A stretch of 64,000 bases of DNA from an uncultured Actinomycetota bacterium (GTDB taxonomy: Bacteria > Actinomycetota > Actinomycetes > Propionibacteriales > Propionibacteriaceae). The position numbers and the translations under genes are program-made. The notes under the pieces were generated by a model. It was not told the origin of the DNA, did not search any database, and saw only the letters and a list, made by a program, of their open reading frames with translations. The DNA is taken from positions 285,041 through 349,040 of the forward strand of contig CAWHZT010000017.1 in assembly GCA_963833925.1 (NCBI GenBank), in the 5' to 3' direction. This document shows, piece by piece, positions 8,692 to 19,918 of the stretch. Within the stretch, counting starts at the first letter, position 1. Each line of letters begins with the position of its first letter.

Positions 8692-9201
8692 GTGACGACG
8701 ATCGCCGGCATGTCCCCGCAGATCGCGCCGAGCGCCTGGGTTGCACCGGGTGCGCACGTGATCGCCGACGTACGCCTGGCGGCGGGTGTGTCGATCTGGT
8801 ACGCCGCCGTGCTCCGCGGTGATCTGGGCTCCATCACGTTCGGGGAGAACAGCAACTTCCAAGACGGCTGCGTGGCGCACACCGATCCGGGCTTCCCGGT
8901 TGTGGTCGGGCGGGGCGTCTCGGTCGGCCACCGTGCCGTGCTGCACGGGTGCACGGTCGAGGACGACTGCCTGATCGGGATGGGGGCAGTCGTGCTGAAC
9001 GGCGCTGTCGTCGGCACCGGCTCGCTCATCGCCGCCGGCACCGTTGTGCTCGAAGGCACGGTGATCCCGCCGAACTCGCTGGTTGCCGGGGTGCCCGGCA
9101 AGATCCGGCGCGAGACCACCGAGGGCGAGCGTGCCCACATCCGGGCGAATGCGCTCGCCTATACCGAGCTCCGCGACGTACACGCCGCTGCGTCCAACTG
9201 A
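8692..9201 (+). CDS. Gamma carbonic anhydrase family (hexapeptide repeat) protein
   Basis: IWYAAVLRGD, NFQDGCVAH, VGHRAVLHGC, LIGMGA. Confidence 0.9.
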   Translation: MTTIAGMSPQIAPSAWVAPGAHVIADVRLAAGVSIWYAAVLRGDLGSITFGENSNFQDGCVAHTDPGFPVVVGRGVSVGHRAVLHGCTVEDDCLIGMGAVVLNGAVVGTGSLIAAGTVVLEGTVIPPNSLVAGVPGKIRRETTEGERAHIRANALAYTELRDVHAAASN

Positions 9202-9252
9202 TCCGTCGCGCTGCCCTTCGACGGGCTGACGGTGCGTAGTCGTGGAAACAGA

Positions 9253-9285
9253 CCTGCCGCCGTCCCTTGCGGGAGCGGCGGCAGG
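9253..9285. terminator. GC-rich hairpin between convergent genes
   Basis: CCTGCCGCCG-TCCC TTGC GGGA-G-CGGCGGCAGG. Confidence 0.6.
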
Positions 9286-9307
9286 CCGGGGATCGACTGG
9301 GTCAGGT

Positions 9308-12300
9308 TCAGCCCAGCTTGGAGACGCCCAGGTCGAGCACGCTCAGCGTGATCGGCCCATTGGTGACCCCGGAGCCGGCGTAGTTGACCACACCCACTCC
9401 GCCGGCGCTCTGCAGCGCCGCCGTGGTATCGGTCGCGGTGATCCGCCAGGTGCTGGGCTCGGTCGTGCCCGACTTCCAAACCCTGGCGCGGAGCGTCGTG
9501 CTGCCGTTGCCCTCGGCCTGGAAGCGGACGTTCCACACATCACCGTTGGCGTAGACCAGACCGGAGACGGCCTGTGTAGCCAGGGTTGTCTCGGTGCCGG
9601 ACACCATCTTGGTCAGGTACAGCGTGGTGCCGGTCGAGGTCACCCCGACCTTCACACGGTAGTCCGAGCCGGCGGTGTTGGTGCCGCTGTGCCGCCCGAC
9701 CAGTGAGGTGTATGTGGTCCCGCCGGTGGCGAGCTTGTCGTAGCTCACACTGGCGGTCACGTCCACGTCGCGGCTCGAGACGCCGTTGAGGAAGGCCGTC
9801 GGGGTGGACCCCGCCGCCGTCTTCATCGTGCCCGCGCCACCGGCAACCGCGTAGTTGGCTGCGGTGTTGCCGACGGTCCAGGCGCCGCCCGTGTCGGCCG
9901 AACCCCAGCTTCCGGTCAGCGACCGGTTGAAGGCGTCGGCGGCGACCACCAGGCTCGGTGCCGTGACGGTCACGTTGTGGCTGACCGAGTCGGTCGCGCC
10001 ACCGTCGTCGGTGACCGTGAGCTTGACGGTGTAGGTCCCGGCCGCGCTGTAGGTGTGGTCGGGGCTGGCGCCGGTGCCGTTGGTCGTGTTGTCGCCGAAG
10101 TCCCAGCTGTAGGAGGCGATCGTGCCGTCGGTGTCGGCCGAGCCCGTGCCGTCGAACGAGGCCGTCAGGTCCTTGGTGGTGGAGCTGAACGCCGCCGTCG
10201 GCTTCACATTGACGTGAGCGGTGACGGTCACGTCGTGGCTGACCGAGTCGGTCGCGCCACCGTCGTCGGTGACGGTGAGCTTGACGGTGTAGGTCCCGGC
10301 CGTCGCGTAGGTATGCGACGGCTTGGAGCCGGAATCGGCGGCGCTGTTGTCGCCGTAGTCCCAGCTGTAGGAGGCGATCGTGCCGTCGGAATCGGTCGAG
10401 CCGGTGCCGTCGAAGGTCGCCTTCAGGTCACTGCTCGAGGAGGTGAAGGCAGCGGTCGGCGGCGCGTTCACCGGAGCGGTGACCGTCACGTCGTGGCTGA
10501 CCGAGGCGGTCGCGCCACCGTCGTCGGTGACGGTGAGCTTGACCGTGTACGTGCCGGCCGCGCTGTAGGTGTGGTCGGGGCTGGCGCCGGTGCCGTTGGT
10601 CGTGTTGTCGCCGAAGTCCCAGCTGTAGGAGGCGATCGTGCCGTCGGAATCGGTCGAGCCGGTGCCGTCGAAGGAGGCCTTCAGGTCCTTGCTGGTGGAG
10701 CTGAACGCCGCGGTCGGCGCCGCGTTCGGCACGTTGCCGCCGCCGGCCTTGTAGTGAGCCAAGACGGTCGAGGCGCTCAGCGCCGAGGAGTAGATGGCGA
10801 CGTCGTCGATCGAGCCGGCGAAGTAGTTGCTGCTGTTGCCGCCCCAGGTATTGTCGCCGCCGACTCGCCAGTACCCGTCGTAGGCCTGGGCCTGAGTCTG
10901 CGGGTTGGTGCCCGTGAGCACGCCGTCGACGAACAGCTTCATGCCGTCGGGTCCCTGTGTCGCCACCATGTGGTGCCAGGCGCCGTCGTTGTAGGACGCG
11001 CTGGTGTCGATGACGTTGGTCTGCCCGGTCCACGTGCCGAATCGGAGTCGGCCATCGTCGAACATGTAGACGTGTCGGTCGTAGCCGCTGCTCGAACCGG
11101 TCTGGTTCGTGCCGAAGCCGATCAGCTTGCCGCCCTGATTCGTCGTGGTCTTGAACCAGAGCTCTTCGGAGTACACCGTCGGGTTCGAGACGGCGGCCGA
11201 TGCCGCTACTGCGCCGTCGACACCGTTGAGCGTCACAGCTGTGTCGCTCGTGCCGGCGATACCGCCAGCCACGCCCTGGGTGACGCCGCCGGAGTAGATG
11301 GCGTCTGCCTGGTTGGGGCTGGAGTCCTTCGCCACGGATCCACTGGTCTCGTCCAGACGCCAGTACGAGTCCGGTCCGGAGTTGTAGACCGCGAGGCCAT
11401 ACGGATCGGTCGGCTTCGGCGTGACGGAGAGGGTCCGACCGCTGTCGGTGTACTGCTGCTGCACCTGGTCAAGCGTCAGACTGGTCGGATAGATGGCGAC
11501 GTCGTCGATCGCTCCGTTGAAGTAGTTGGCGTCCGCGCCCCAGCCGCCGAGGTTGTCCCCGCCGATCCGCCAGTAACCGGTGTAGGCCTGCCCGGCGGTC
11601 GTGCCGGTGTTGCGGCCGGCCTTCTTGCCGTCGACGTACAGCGTCATGCCTGTGGCATCAAGGGTGCCGATCACCTGGTGCCACTGCCCATCGTTGAGGG
11701 CCGCACTGGTCTTGATCGTGTACACACCGCCGTTGTAGACACCGAAGGACACCCGGCCGGATGCGTCCATGTAGAGATGCCGGTCGTAGCTGCTGCTCAA
11801 CCCCGTCTGCTGGTCACCGAAGCCGACGATCTTGCCGCCGGTCGTGGAGGTCGTATTGATCCACGCCGATTCGGTGAACACGTTGGGACCGACGATCGCG
11901 TTCGGATCCACGGCGGATCCGGTGCTGCCGTCGAAGGTCGAGGATCCGTCGCTGTCACCCGTGATGGCACCCGGCGTGCCACGCGTGACGCCGCCGGTCA
12001 GGTTCGCGTCGTCAAAGCCGGCCCAGTCGTACGCGGTGGTGCCGGACGGCTCGCCGAGCCGCCAGTAGTGCGATGCGCCAGCCGCGAGAACGTCCTGCGT
12101 GTACTGGCCCTGCGCGCCGGAGCTGATCGTCACGACGTTGCTCTTGGGGCTCCAGAGCGTGTTGCCGAACGGGTCGCTGATGCGCACCTGGTAGGTGTGC
12201 GTTGACCCCGGCGCGAGCCCGGCGTCGGTGAATCCAGCCGTAGGGAGCGTCCAGAAGTTCGACTTGATCTGGGTCGTGTACACCGGCGTTCCGGCGTTGT

Positions 12301-13834
12301 CTCGGAACACGTCGTAGGTCAAAGACTCGTTGTCGTAGTCCCACGCGGTGCCGAAGCCGACTCGCGCGGAGCCTGCGGCGAAGGAGATCGCGGTCGTCGC
12401 AGGGATATCGTGCGCCGGATTGGTCGTGTAGCTCGGACCCCGCTTGTTCGTGGACAGCCCGGACCGAGCCATCCGAGTCAGCCCCTGCTGTGCCACGCCG
12501 TTGACCTTGGGGAACTCGCCGCCGAAGGCGACATAGTCGCTGTTACCGGCGAGTGACCACGCGGCCTGACCTTGCCCGGTGTAGGTGCCCGCCGTGATGG
12601 AGGGGAACCAGTGGAGCAGGGTTGAATCCGGCTGGCCGTTGAAGTTCCAGCCGTACGCATCGGGGCCGGTGTCGGTGCCGGTGGGTGCGATGGTCCAGGC
12701 CAGAGCGTGCTGCCAACGGACGCGGGGATTGGTGTCGGGGTAGCTACCGACCGCCGTGCAATCGTGCACGTGACCCACGGAGTACATCACCTGGCCGATC
12801 GGCAGGACGTCGTAGGAGTCACCATGGCAGTCGTTGACGGTGCTGATCGCACCCGTTGTCGGATCCGCGGCGAAGGTGCCCTCGAAGTTGGCGGTCGCGG
12901 TATCGAAGGAGTAGCCCGTTCCGAAGATCTGGTGGCCGTCGGTGCGCAGGCTGGTGATCGCGCCTTCCTTGCCGGCCGAACGGATGGTCTGGTTCGCTGC
13001 CCACGGCATGATCGCGGCCGTGCTCGGTGCTGATCGACCCCATGCCATAGGCATCGGTGCCGCTCAGCGCGGTGAACGAGCCGCCGACGACGACTCGGCT
13101 GCCGTCCGGCGCCAACACCATCGACCAGACCGTGCCGTTGTCGGCGCTGGGCTTCCAGCTGAGAAGTGCGCCGGAGGTTGCGTTGACTGCGGCGAGGTTG
13201 CTGCGACGTGCTGCCGTTGACCGACCCGTATCCGCCACCGATGTAGAGCGTAGAGGCGGAGGCGGCGAGCGCCTTCACCTCGTTGCTGACGCTGGGCGCG
13301 AAGCTCGGGTCGAGCGCGCCGGTCGCGGTGTTGAAGGCGGCTACGTGGTTGCGAACGGCGCCGTCAACGGTCGTGAAGTCGCCGCCGACGTAGACCCGTG
13401 AACCATCCGGCGAAGCGGTGATCGTGAGGCCTTGCGCGTTCAGCGAATGGCTGAAACCGCTGACCGGATTGCCGGTGCGGATGTCGTACGCGAAGATGTT
13501 CTGTGCGGCGATTTCGCCGGTCCCGCCGGCAGCGACGCCCGGCGGACGCGCCTTGGTGAAGCTTCCGGTGACATACACGGTGTTGCCGACGAGCACCTGG
13601 CTCCAGGCGACGCCGTTGATCTGCCACGTGGGCAAGGCGTCGGCGCTGACCGTGGCGGGCGTCCCGGTCGCCGGTGCCGTGTCGGCCTGAGCCGACGGGG
13701 CCGCGAACGCCAAGCCGGTCGTTACCAGGCCTCCGGCCAAAAGCGTGGCAGGCGAACCGGCGCACCCGGTATGCTGAGTGGTGTTGTGATCCGACGCGTT
13801 CGAGCGCGCGACAGATCGGTGTGATCCCCGACAT
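9308..13834 (-). CDS. Large secreted surface protein (~1500 aa): signal peptide, beta-propeller-like region, 2x LamG/ConA-like, 3x PKD; split by about 3 frameshifts (~13750, ~13207, ~13028)
   Basis: Pieces 12787..13740, 12819..13238 and 9308..13054 join into one continuous protein; AFAAPSAQA signal, YWRLGE/YWRLDE LamG starts, WDFGD PKD motifs; RBS GGGGAG before ATG 13834. Confidence 0.8.
9960..10725 (-). repeat. Three near-identical ~260-bp PKD-domain repeats
   Basis: FDGTGS.DSDGTIASYSWDFGD...GTYTVKLTVTDDGGAT.SVSH.VTVTA x3, highly similar at DNA level. Confidence 0.9.
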
Positions 13835-14109
13835 CTGTTCTCCCCAAGCCGTAGCTCGAAGGCTTCCGCGCACGCTCAGAAGAATCTGATGATCCAGATC
13901 CGGCAAATGATTCGCCGAGACACACGGCAGGCAGGCCCCAACCTGCACTACGCGATCTCGATGTCCTTGATTCCCCTGACGGCTGCGCCATGCGCGCCGA
14001 AGTCCTTCCCCTGCGCAAAAGGTATCACGAGCTATGTGAGTTTCCGTACTCGCCGGAAATTTCCACGATCGCTCCGGGCCCTGGAACTACCTCACCGCGC
14101 GGGTGTGTC

Positions 14110-15751
14110 TCAGCCCACCACGATGATCGAGATCGCCGGCGAGAAGCGGGCAGTCCGACCCTCCGCGGCGGTCTTCTCCACCCGGTAGCGGAACGTCCCG
14201 GCGGTCGACTTGACCACCTCGAACCGATAAGAACCGGAGGCGGCGGTGGTGCTGGTCGTCACGGTCCGCCACTCGGTGCCCGACTTGATCTGCAGCACCA
14301 CCGTCCGGGCCTGCGGGTCGGTCACGGTCGGCGTCACCTTGCCGGTGATCACCGCTTTCTTGCCGACCTGGACCTGGCTCGGTCCGGTGATGGTGAGCGT
14401 GAACGGCTCGATCACCTTGACCGTGATCACTGACGAGTAGGCTCCGGCGATCGGACCCACTGCCGGCTTGAACACCCGGTAGCGGACCGTCCCGGTCGCC
14501 GCCTGCTCCACGTCGAAGCGGAAGGCGCCGTTCGCGGCGGTCCGGTCGGCGACGACCTTGGTCCAGCCGTCCGCGTTCTTGACCTGCAGCACAACGCGCC
14601 GGTCGGCCGCGACGGGAACCGCCGGGAAGGCCGTGCCACTGATGGTCACGACGTCACCGCGCTCGACCTGACCGCTCGACGCCTGGGCCTGGACCACGAA
14701 CTGACTCGCGTCGCTGGCCACGCCGTAGCGCAGGACGGCGTAGTCGTTCTGCCGCTGTGCGACGGCCCAGGCGACCCCGGTCGTCGGCTCCGCGGACAGG
14801 TCGATCACGTGGGTCACGCCGATCGAGCCAACGGGTAGCTGCGAGCCGGGCTGCTGCAGCAGGTCGAACCCGCTGCTGCCGACCATGTGTCGACCGTCCG
14901 GCATCTTCGTCGCCGCATAGATCGGCCCGCCCGAGCCCGCGACGCACGAACCGAAGTCGGCCGCGGTGCCATCGAAATGGCCACAGCGGGCCACCTGACC
15001 GGTGCGCGCCGCTGTCCTCTCCGTACAGCCAGACATCATCGGGGCCGTTGACCACCCAGTCGTTGTTCCAGCTGAAGCCGCTCACGTCCTGGCCGATGTT
15101 CACCGGGTTCGTCCAACCACCCGCCTCGGTGTAGCTGGCGATGTACTGGCCGAGACCCGGATAGTTCTCGAACCGGGCGACCAGGGCTCCGCCGGCGTAC
15201 GCGAGGTCGTCGAATGTCTCGGCGGCTTCGTTGGTGAACGGCCATGGAAGCAAGGTCCAGCTGGTGCCGTCCCAGTGACCGACGGCGGTGGCATACGGGC
15301 TCTCGACCGAGAAGTAGCTGAACCCGACATACGCGTCCGGGCCAGGCGCATCCGCCAGGGCCACCGCGCTGAGCGTCTCCCCGTCGGGGCCCGTCGGCAG
15401 CGGCACCGGCGTCCAGACAGATCCGTCGTAGTGCCGCAGCGCATCATTGCTGCGCAACCACATGTCGTTGCTGGCGCTGGCGTAGAGGTGGCCCGCGGTG
15501 ACCCCGGCGACCTCGGAATGGGTCCACGTACCCCCGGCGTAGTGGTCGAGTGCCGTCGCGCCATCGGCAGGGGAGGATACCCAGGCCTCCCCGTCGGCAG
15601 GCGATACGACCGACACCGGCTGTGCCGCGTAAGACTTCAGCGCATCGAAGCCGCTGAGCGACGCCTGCGCCGCGGGCGCGAACGCCGCCGTGACGCCGAG
15701 CAGGCCGGCGACGGCGAGGCCGACAACGGGGATTCGATGGAGTCGATGCAT
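14110..15751 (-). CDS. Secreted protein: beta-propeller-like N-terminus plus two Ig-like C-terminal repeats; frameshift at ~15004
   Basis: Signal peptide MHRLHRIPVVGLAVAGLL..AAQA; HYDGSVWT/HWDGTSWT repeats; two RxVVLQ.K...W..V....A.G.(F/Y)RF repeats. Confidence 0.7.
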
Positions 15752-15910
15752 GGCAGTCTCCGGTCGGTCGGGAGGGCTGGGCCCAGCGGGGGTTCTCAGG
15801 TCATTATGTTTCGCCGGGTGCGACAGCGGGCGAGATCTGGGAATCTCGCGCCGAGTCACCAGACTGGAGCGGCGGCGGCGCCTGTCAGAGCCGTGCGCCA
15901 TCATGGCCAG

Positions 15911-17968
15911 ATGTCCGGAGCCGCTGCCACCACGTCCGCCGCCGATGTCCTCGCCCGGGTGATCGCGGCCGCGGCCGGACCGGAGGCGCGCCCGCGAGCG
16001 GATCAGGTACGGGCCGTCGAGGAGCTGGTCGACAACCGGCATCGGGTGCTCGTGGTGCAGGCCACCGGATGGGGCAAGTCGGCCGTCTACTGGGGCGCGA
16101 CCGCGGCGATGCGCGAGCGCGGCGCCGGGCCGACGTTGGTGGTGTCGCCGCTGCTCGCCCTGATGCGGGACCAGATCGCCGCCGCCGAGCGGGCCGGGCT
16201 GAGGGCCGCCACGATCAACTCCACCAACGTCGACGACTGGTCCTCCGTGATGGCAGCACTGCGATCGGGCGACCTGGATCTGCTGCTGGTCTCACCGGAG
16301 CGACTGGCGAACCCACGATTCGCCGCCGAGCTGCCGGAGCTGCTGGCGAACTGCGGTCTCCTGGTGATCGACGAAGCCCACTGTGTATCCGACTGGGGCT
16401 TCGACTTCCGACCGGACTACCAGCGTCTGACCCGCACCCTCCTTCAGCTGTCGCCAGACACCCCCGTGCTCGCGACGACGGCCACCGCGAACGAGCGGGT
16501 GACCGCCGACGTGGCCGCGCAGCTCGGCCCGGACACCGTCACCCTGCGCGGATCGTTGGCCCGGGCGTCGCTGCGGCTGTCCGTCGTGCCTGGTCTGAGT
16601 ACCTTGGAGGGCTACGCCTGGGTCGCCGACGCCCTCCAGTCGCTGCCCGGGTCCGGGATCGTGTACGTCTTGACCGTCGCCGAGACGGAGCGGCTGGCGG
16701 GGTTTCTGCGGGAGCGCGGCCTCGACGTGGCGGCGTACTCGGGCCAGACCGAGAATCGTGAGGAGCTCGAGGATCGCCTGCGAGCCAATCAGGTCAAGGC
16801 GCTGGTGGCGACCTCGGCGCTCGGGATGGGCTACGACAAGCCCGACCTGGCGTTCTGTGTGCATCTGGGTTCACCGTCATCGCCGGTCGCCTACTACCAG
16901 CAGGTCGGCCGGGCCGGCCGTGCGCTCGATGACGCGATGGCCGTCCTCGTGCCCGGTTCGTCGGACGAGCGGATCTGGGACTACTTCGCCACCGCCGGGA
17001 TCCCGACCGACGACCAGGTGGAACGAATCCTCGACGCGCTGGCGGACAGCCCCCAGAGTCTGCCGGCGATCGAGGCGGCCACCGGCATTCGGCGCGGTCG
17101 GCTGGAGACGCTGCTCAAGATCTTGGCCGTTGATGACATCGTTGTTCGCAGCCGCGAAGGCTGGGGTGCGACGGGCGCCAAGTGGTACTTCGACGAGGCC
17201 AAGTGGAGCGCACTACGCGCGGTGCGAGCGGCCGAGGCCGATCTCATGCGACGGTACGCGCACGGTCAGGGCTGCCTGATGCAGTTCCTGCAGCAGGCGC
17301 TCGACGATCCGGACCCGCAGCCATGCGGTCGGTGCTCGGTGTGCACGGGCGCATTGCCCGAGCCGGGGGCGACTCCGGAGCGGGCCACCGTGGCAGCGGC
17401 CCAGCGGTTCTTCCGCGGTCAGGACGTGATCGTCGAGCCCCGAAAGATCTGGGCCAGTGGGCTGCCGGGCCGCAAGGGCAAGATCGTGGGCGTGGCCGCG
17501 GGGAGGGCCCTGGCGTTCGCGGACGACCCGGCATGGGCCGAGGCACTGGCGCGGTTGTGGCAGCGCGATGGGCCGGCGTCGACCGAGGTGCTGGACGGGA
17601 TCGTCGAGGTGCTCAAACGGTGGTCCCGCTCCTGGGAGCGACCGGTTGCGGTCGTGCCGATGCCGTCGCGTCGCTATCCGGAGCTGGTCTCCTCGGTAGC
17701 GGAGCACGTCGCCCGGATCGGCCGGCTGCCGCTGGTCGACGCGCTCGAGGTCACCGGCCCACCGCCGACGGCCGAGGCCGCGTCGGCTGTCCGGGCCCGT
17801 GACCTGCTCGCCCGGACGCGACTGAAGGACGCGGCTCACTTCGACGGGTCGGTGCTGCTGGTCGACGACGTGGTGCGCACCCGCTGGACCGTCACGGTCG
17901 CTTCCGCGCTGCTGGCCGACGCGGGTGCGACCTCGGTGCTTCCGCTGACCATCCACCAGCTTCCGTGA
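15911..17968 (+). CDS. recQ: RecQ-family ATP-dependent DNA helicase with C-terminal PRTase-like domain
   Basis: ATGWGKS, VIDEAHCVSDWGFDFRPDY, QQVGRAGR, Zn CGRCSVC, VLLVDDV. Confidence 0.92.
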   Translation: MSGAAATTSAADVLARVIAAAAGPEARPRADQVRAVEELVDNRHRVLVVQATGWGKSAVYWGATAAMRERGAGPTLVVSPLLALMRDQIAAAERAGLRAATINSTNVDDWSSVMAALRSGDLDLLLVSPERLANPRFAAELPELLANCGLLVIDEAHCVSDWGFDFRPDYQRLTRTLLQLSPDTPVLATTATANERVTADVAAQLGPDTVTLRGSLARASLRLSVVPGLSTLEGYAWVADALQSLPGSGIVYVLTVAETERLAGFLRERGLDVAAYSGQTENREELEDRLRANQVKALVATSALGMGYDKPDLAFCVHLGSPSSPVAYYQQVGRAGRALDDAMAVLVPGSSDERIWDYFATAGIPTDDQVERILDALADSPQSLPAIEAATGIRRGRLETLLKILAVDDIVVRSREGWGATGAKWYFDEAKWSALRAVRAAEADLMRRYAHGQGCLMQFLQQALDDPDPQPCGRCSVCTGALPEPGATPERATVAAAQRFFRGQDVIVEPRKIWASGLPGRKGKIVGVAAGRALAFADDPAWAEALARLWQRDGPASTEVLDGIVEVLKRWSRSWERPVAVVPMPSRRYPELVSSVAEHVARIGRLPLVDALEVTGPPPTAEAASAVRARDLLARTRLKDAAHFDGSVLLVDDVVRTRWTVTVASALLADAGATSVLPLTIHQLP

Positions 17969-18033
17969 GGTTGTCGAAGGGCGCCCGGGAGTGCGTGGCT
18001 GGGCAATGTCGAACGGCGCGGGAGCGGGTCCCG

Positions 18034-19542
18034 TCAACGGGTCGCATCGACGAGCGGGGCAACGCGATAGAGATCGTCCGGCCCGGCTAGGTCGGGCAGA
18101 GCGACGAAGACCGTGGACACTCCTCGGGCGGCCAGCTCGGCGTAGCGACGGCGATGGGCATCCGCGGTCCCGGCGTGATGACGGGCGGCGAACGTGGCCG
18201 CCGACGTACGGCCGCGGAGCTTCTCGACGCGGCGAGCCGTGTCGGCACGATCGGTGCCGATCACGGGTATGTCGAGGACCGTGACCGTGAGGTCGTCCGG
18301 GTCTCGGCCGACGGTCGCGCAGTGCCGACGCAGCACCTCGAGCTTCTGATCGAGGACCTTCGGATCGGACGGCAGGTTGCAGCCGTCCGCCAGCCTCGCA
18401 GCAATCCGCAGGGTTCGCTGCTCGCCGGACCCGCCGACGATGATCGGAATCGAGCCGACCGGCCGCGGATAGCACGTTGTCTCGGGCAGGGTCACCCGCT
18501 CACTCGCGTACGCCTTGGTGCCACTCGCCCAAAGGGCCCGGATGGTCTCGATTCCCATTTCGAGCTGGCCTAGCCGTTCGCGTGCCGGCGGGAACGGCAA
18601 CCCGAAAGCCGAGTGCTCGCGCTCCCACCAGCCGCTGCCGAGGCCGAGAAATGCCCGCCCACCGCTGAGCGCATCGAGAGTGGCTGCGGCTTTCGCGGTG
18701 ATGCCGGGCGCACGGAACGTCACCGGGCTGACCAGCGTCCCCAGTTTCAGGCCCGTCCCGAGGCCGGCTAGTGCGCCGAGCGTCACCCATGGTTCCGGAA
18801 TCGGCTCCCAGGCGCGGCCGACCTGCGGGATCTGGATCAGGTGGTCCATGAGGGCGATTCCGGTCAGACCGATCTCGTCCGCCCGCCGCGCGATCGATGT
18901 CAGCCAGCCGAGCGGGTCGCCGCCCCACGCGAAGCGCGAGAGCTGGAGGACGATCTCCAGACCCTGGTGTGAGGTGTCGGCTGTCTCCCATCGCCCGGAC
19001 TGTGGGGATGTTCGCGTTGACGCGTCGGCCACCGTTTGGGCCGGCGGGACTGCCCGTGGCGGGTATGACTCGTCCGACGCGGCCACGACGACGAGCCGGT
19101 CCCAGCCCTCGTCGGCAAGCAGGTCGCCAACGCTCCGAGCTGCCCTCAGCTGAGCGGTCAGGACGGGAGCCGGCACCGGCCGGTCTCGTTGCGCATTGCG
19201 TTGCCGACAGAGGCGGTCTTCGATCGAGATCAGTACCGCGATCGCCGGCAGGCCTGCCACGCGGGCGGTCGCGAGGTATCCCTGTCGACGGTCCCGATCG
19301 AGACCGAGAGTGTCGATGACCGTTGTCAGGCCACGCTTCGTACGTCCTGCAACGATCTGGTCAAGCAGCGTGAACGCCTCGACGGAGGCGTCGAGGTCGG
19401 CCGGACCGCTGCCGACCACGGCCCGCAGTGCGTCGGATGACACGATCTCGGTCGGACCGTATCGCTGACTCGCCCAGGTCGACTTGCCCGAGCCGGCCGC
19501 GCCGACGAGCACGATCAGCGCGGGATCCGGAACATCCTCCAC
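18034..19542 (-). CDS. Fusion of an N-terminal P-loop (AAA_33/Pnkp-like) kinase and an LLM-class (probably F420-dependent) oxidoreductase
   Basis: GAAGSGKST..IVSSDALR; then MDHLIQIP, LGTLVSPVTFR, LDALSGGRAFLGLGSGW, IIVGGSGE. Confidence 0.85.
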   Translation of the reverse strand: MEDVPDPALIVLVGAAGSGKSTWASQRYGPTEIVSSDALRAVVGSGPADLDASVEAFTLLDQIVAGRTKRGLTTVIDTLGLDRDRRQGYLATARVAGLPAIAVLISIEDRLCRQRNAQRDRPVPAPVLTAQLRAARSVGDLLADEGWDRLVVVAASDESYPPRAVPPAQTVADASTRTSPQSGRWETADTSHQGLEIVLQLSRFAWGGDPLGWLTSIARRADEIGLTGIALMDHLIQIPQVGRAWEPIPEPWVTLGALAGLGTGLKLGTLVSPVTFRAPGITAKAAATLDALSGGRAFLGLGSGWWEREHSAFGLPFPPARERLGQLEMGIETIRALWASGTKAYASERVTLPETTCYPRPVGSIPIIVGGSGEQRTLRIAARLADGCNLPSDPKVLDQKLEVLRRHCATVGRDPDDLTVTVLDIPVIGTDRADTARRVEKLRGRTSAATFAARHHAGTADAHRRRYAELAARGVSTVFVALPDLAGPDDLYRVAPLVDATR

Positions 19543-19593
19543 AGGCCCGAGTCTGCCCGGCGTCGGGAGCGTGTTCCTTCTCGGGCGCCGGAA

Positions 19594-19827
19594 TCAGCGG
19601 GGGAAGTCTTCGACACGCACCGTCTCGATCGATCCGTCGGCGGCCAACCTCCGGACCGTCAGGCCATCGGACCCGACCGGCCCGTCAACCTGGATATTCC
19701 TGGTGGACGGCACGGACGGCGACGCCGGTGAGACGGTCGGCTGCGTTTGCGGGGACGGCGCGGTGCAGCCGCTGAGGGATGCCGCGACGACAGCGAGAAC
19801 TGCCAGCCCGACCGTGCCCTTGCGCAT
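19594..19827 (-). CDS. Small putative lipoprotein
   Basis: MRK + hydrophobic stretch + lipobox LSGC. Confidence 0.65.
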   Translation of the reverse strand: MRKGTVGLAVLAVVAASLSGCTAPSPQTQPTVSPASPSVPSTRNIQVDGPVGSDGLTVRRLAADGSIETVRVEDFPR

Positions 19828-19854
19828 GGCGTCGAGGCTACCCGGCGGGACAGG

Positions 19855-19912
19855 CCCCGAGTTGTCAGCGTCACAACGCGCTATGACGCGTTGTGACGCT
19901 GACAACTCGGGG
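19855..19912. repeat. 58-bp perfect palindrome, family A copy 1
   Basis: CCCCGAGTTGTCAGCGTCACAACGCG-CTATGA-CGCGTTGTGACGCTGACAACTCGGGG. Confidence 0.9.
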
Positions 19913-19918
19913 GGTGGG

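Noticed and set aside
9977-12205. Long + strand ORF with repeats, and similar long antisense ORFs at 6922, 21672, 32109, 43362, 56555
   Set aside because: Antisense shadows of real high-GC genes; their repeats simply mirror the PKD repeats or codon bias
13835-14105. Riboswitch (e.g. c-di-AMP) in the long leader of the LamG/PKD gene
   Set aside because: Only scattered AGGGGAA motifs; could not match the conserved ydaO core by eye. An Infernal/Rfam scan would settle it
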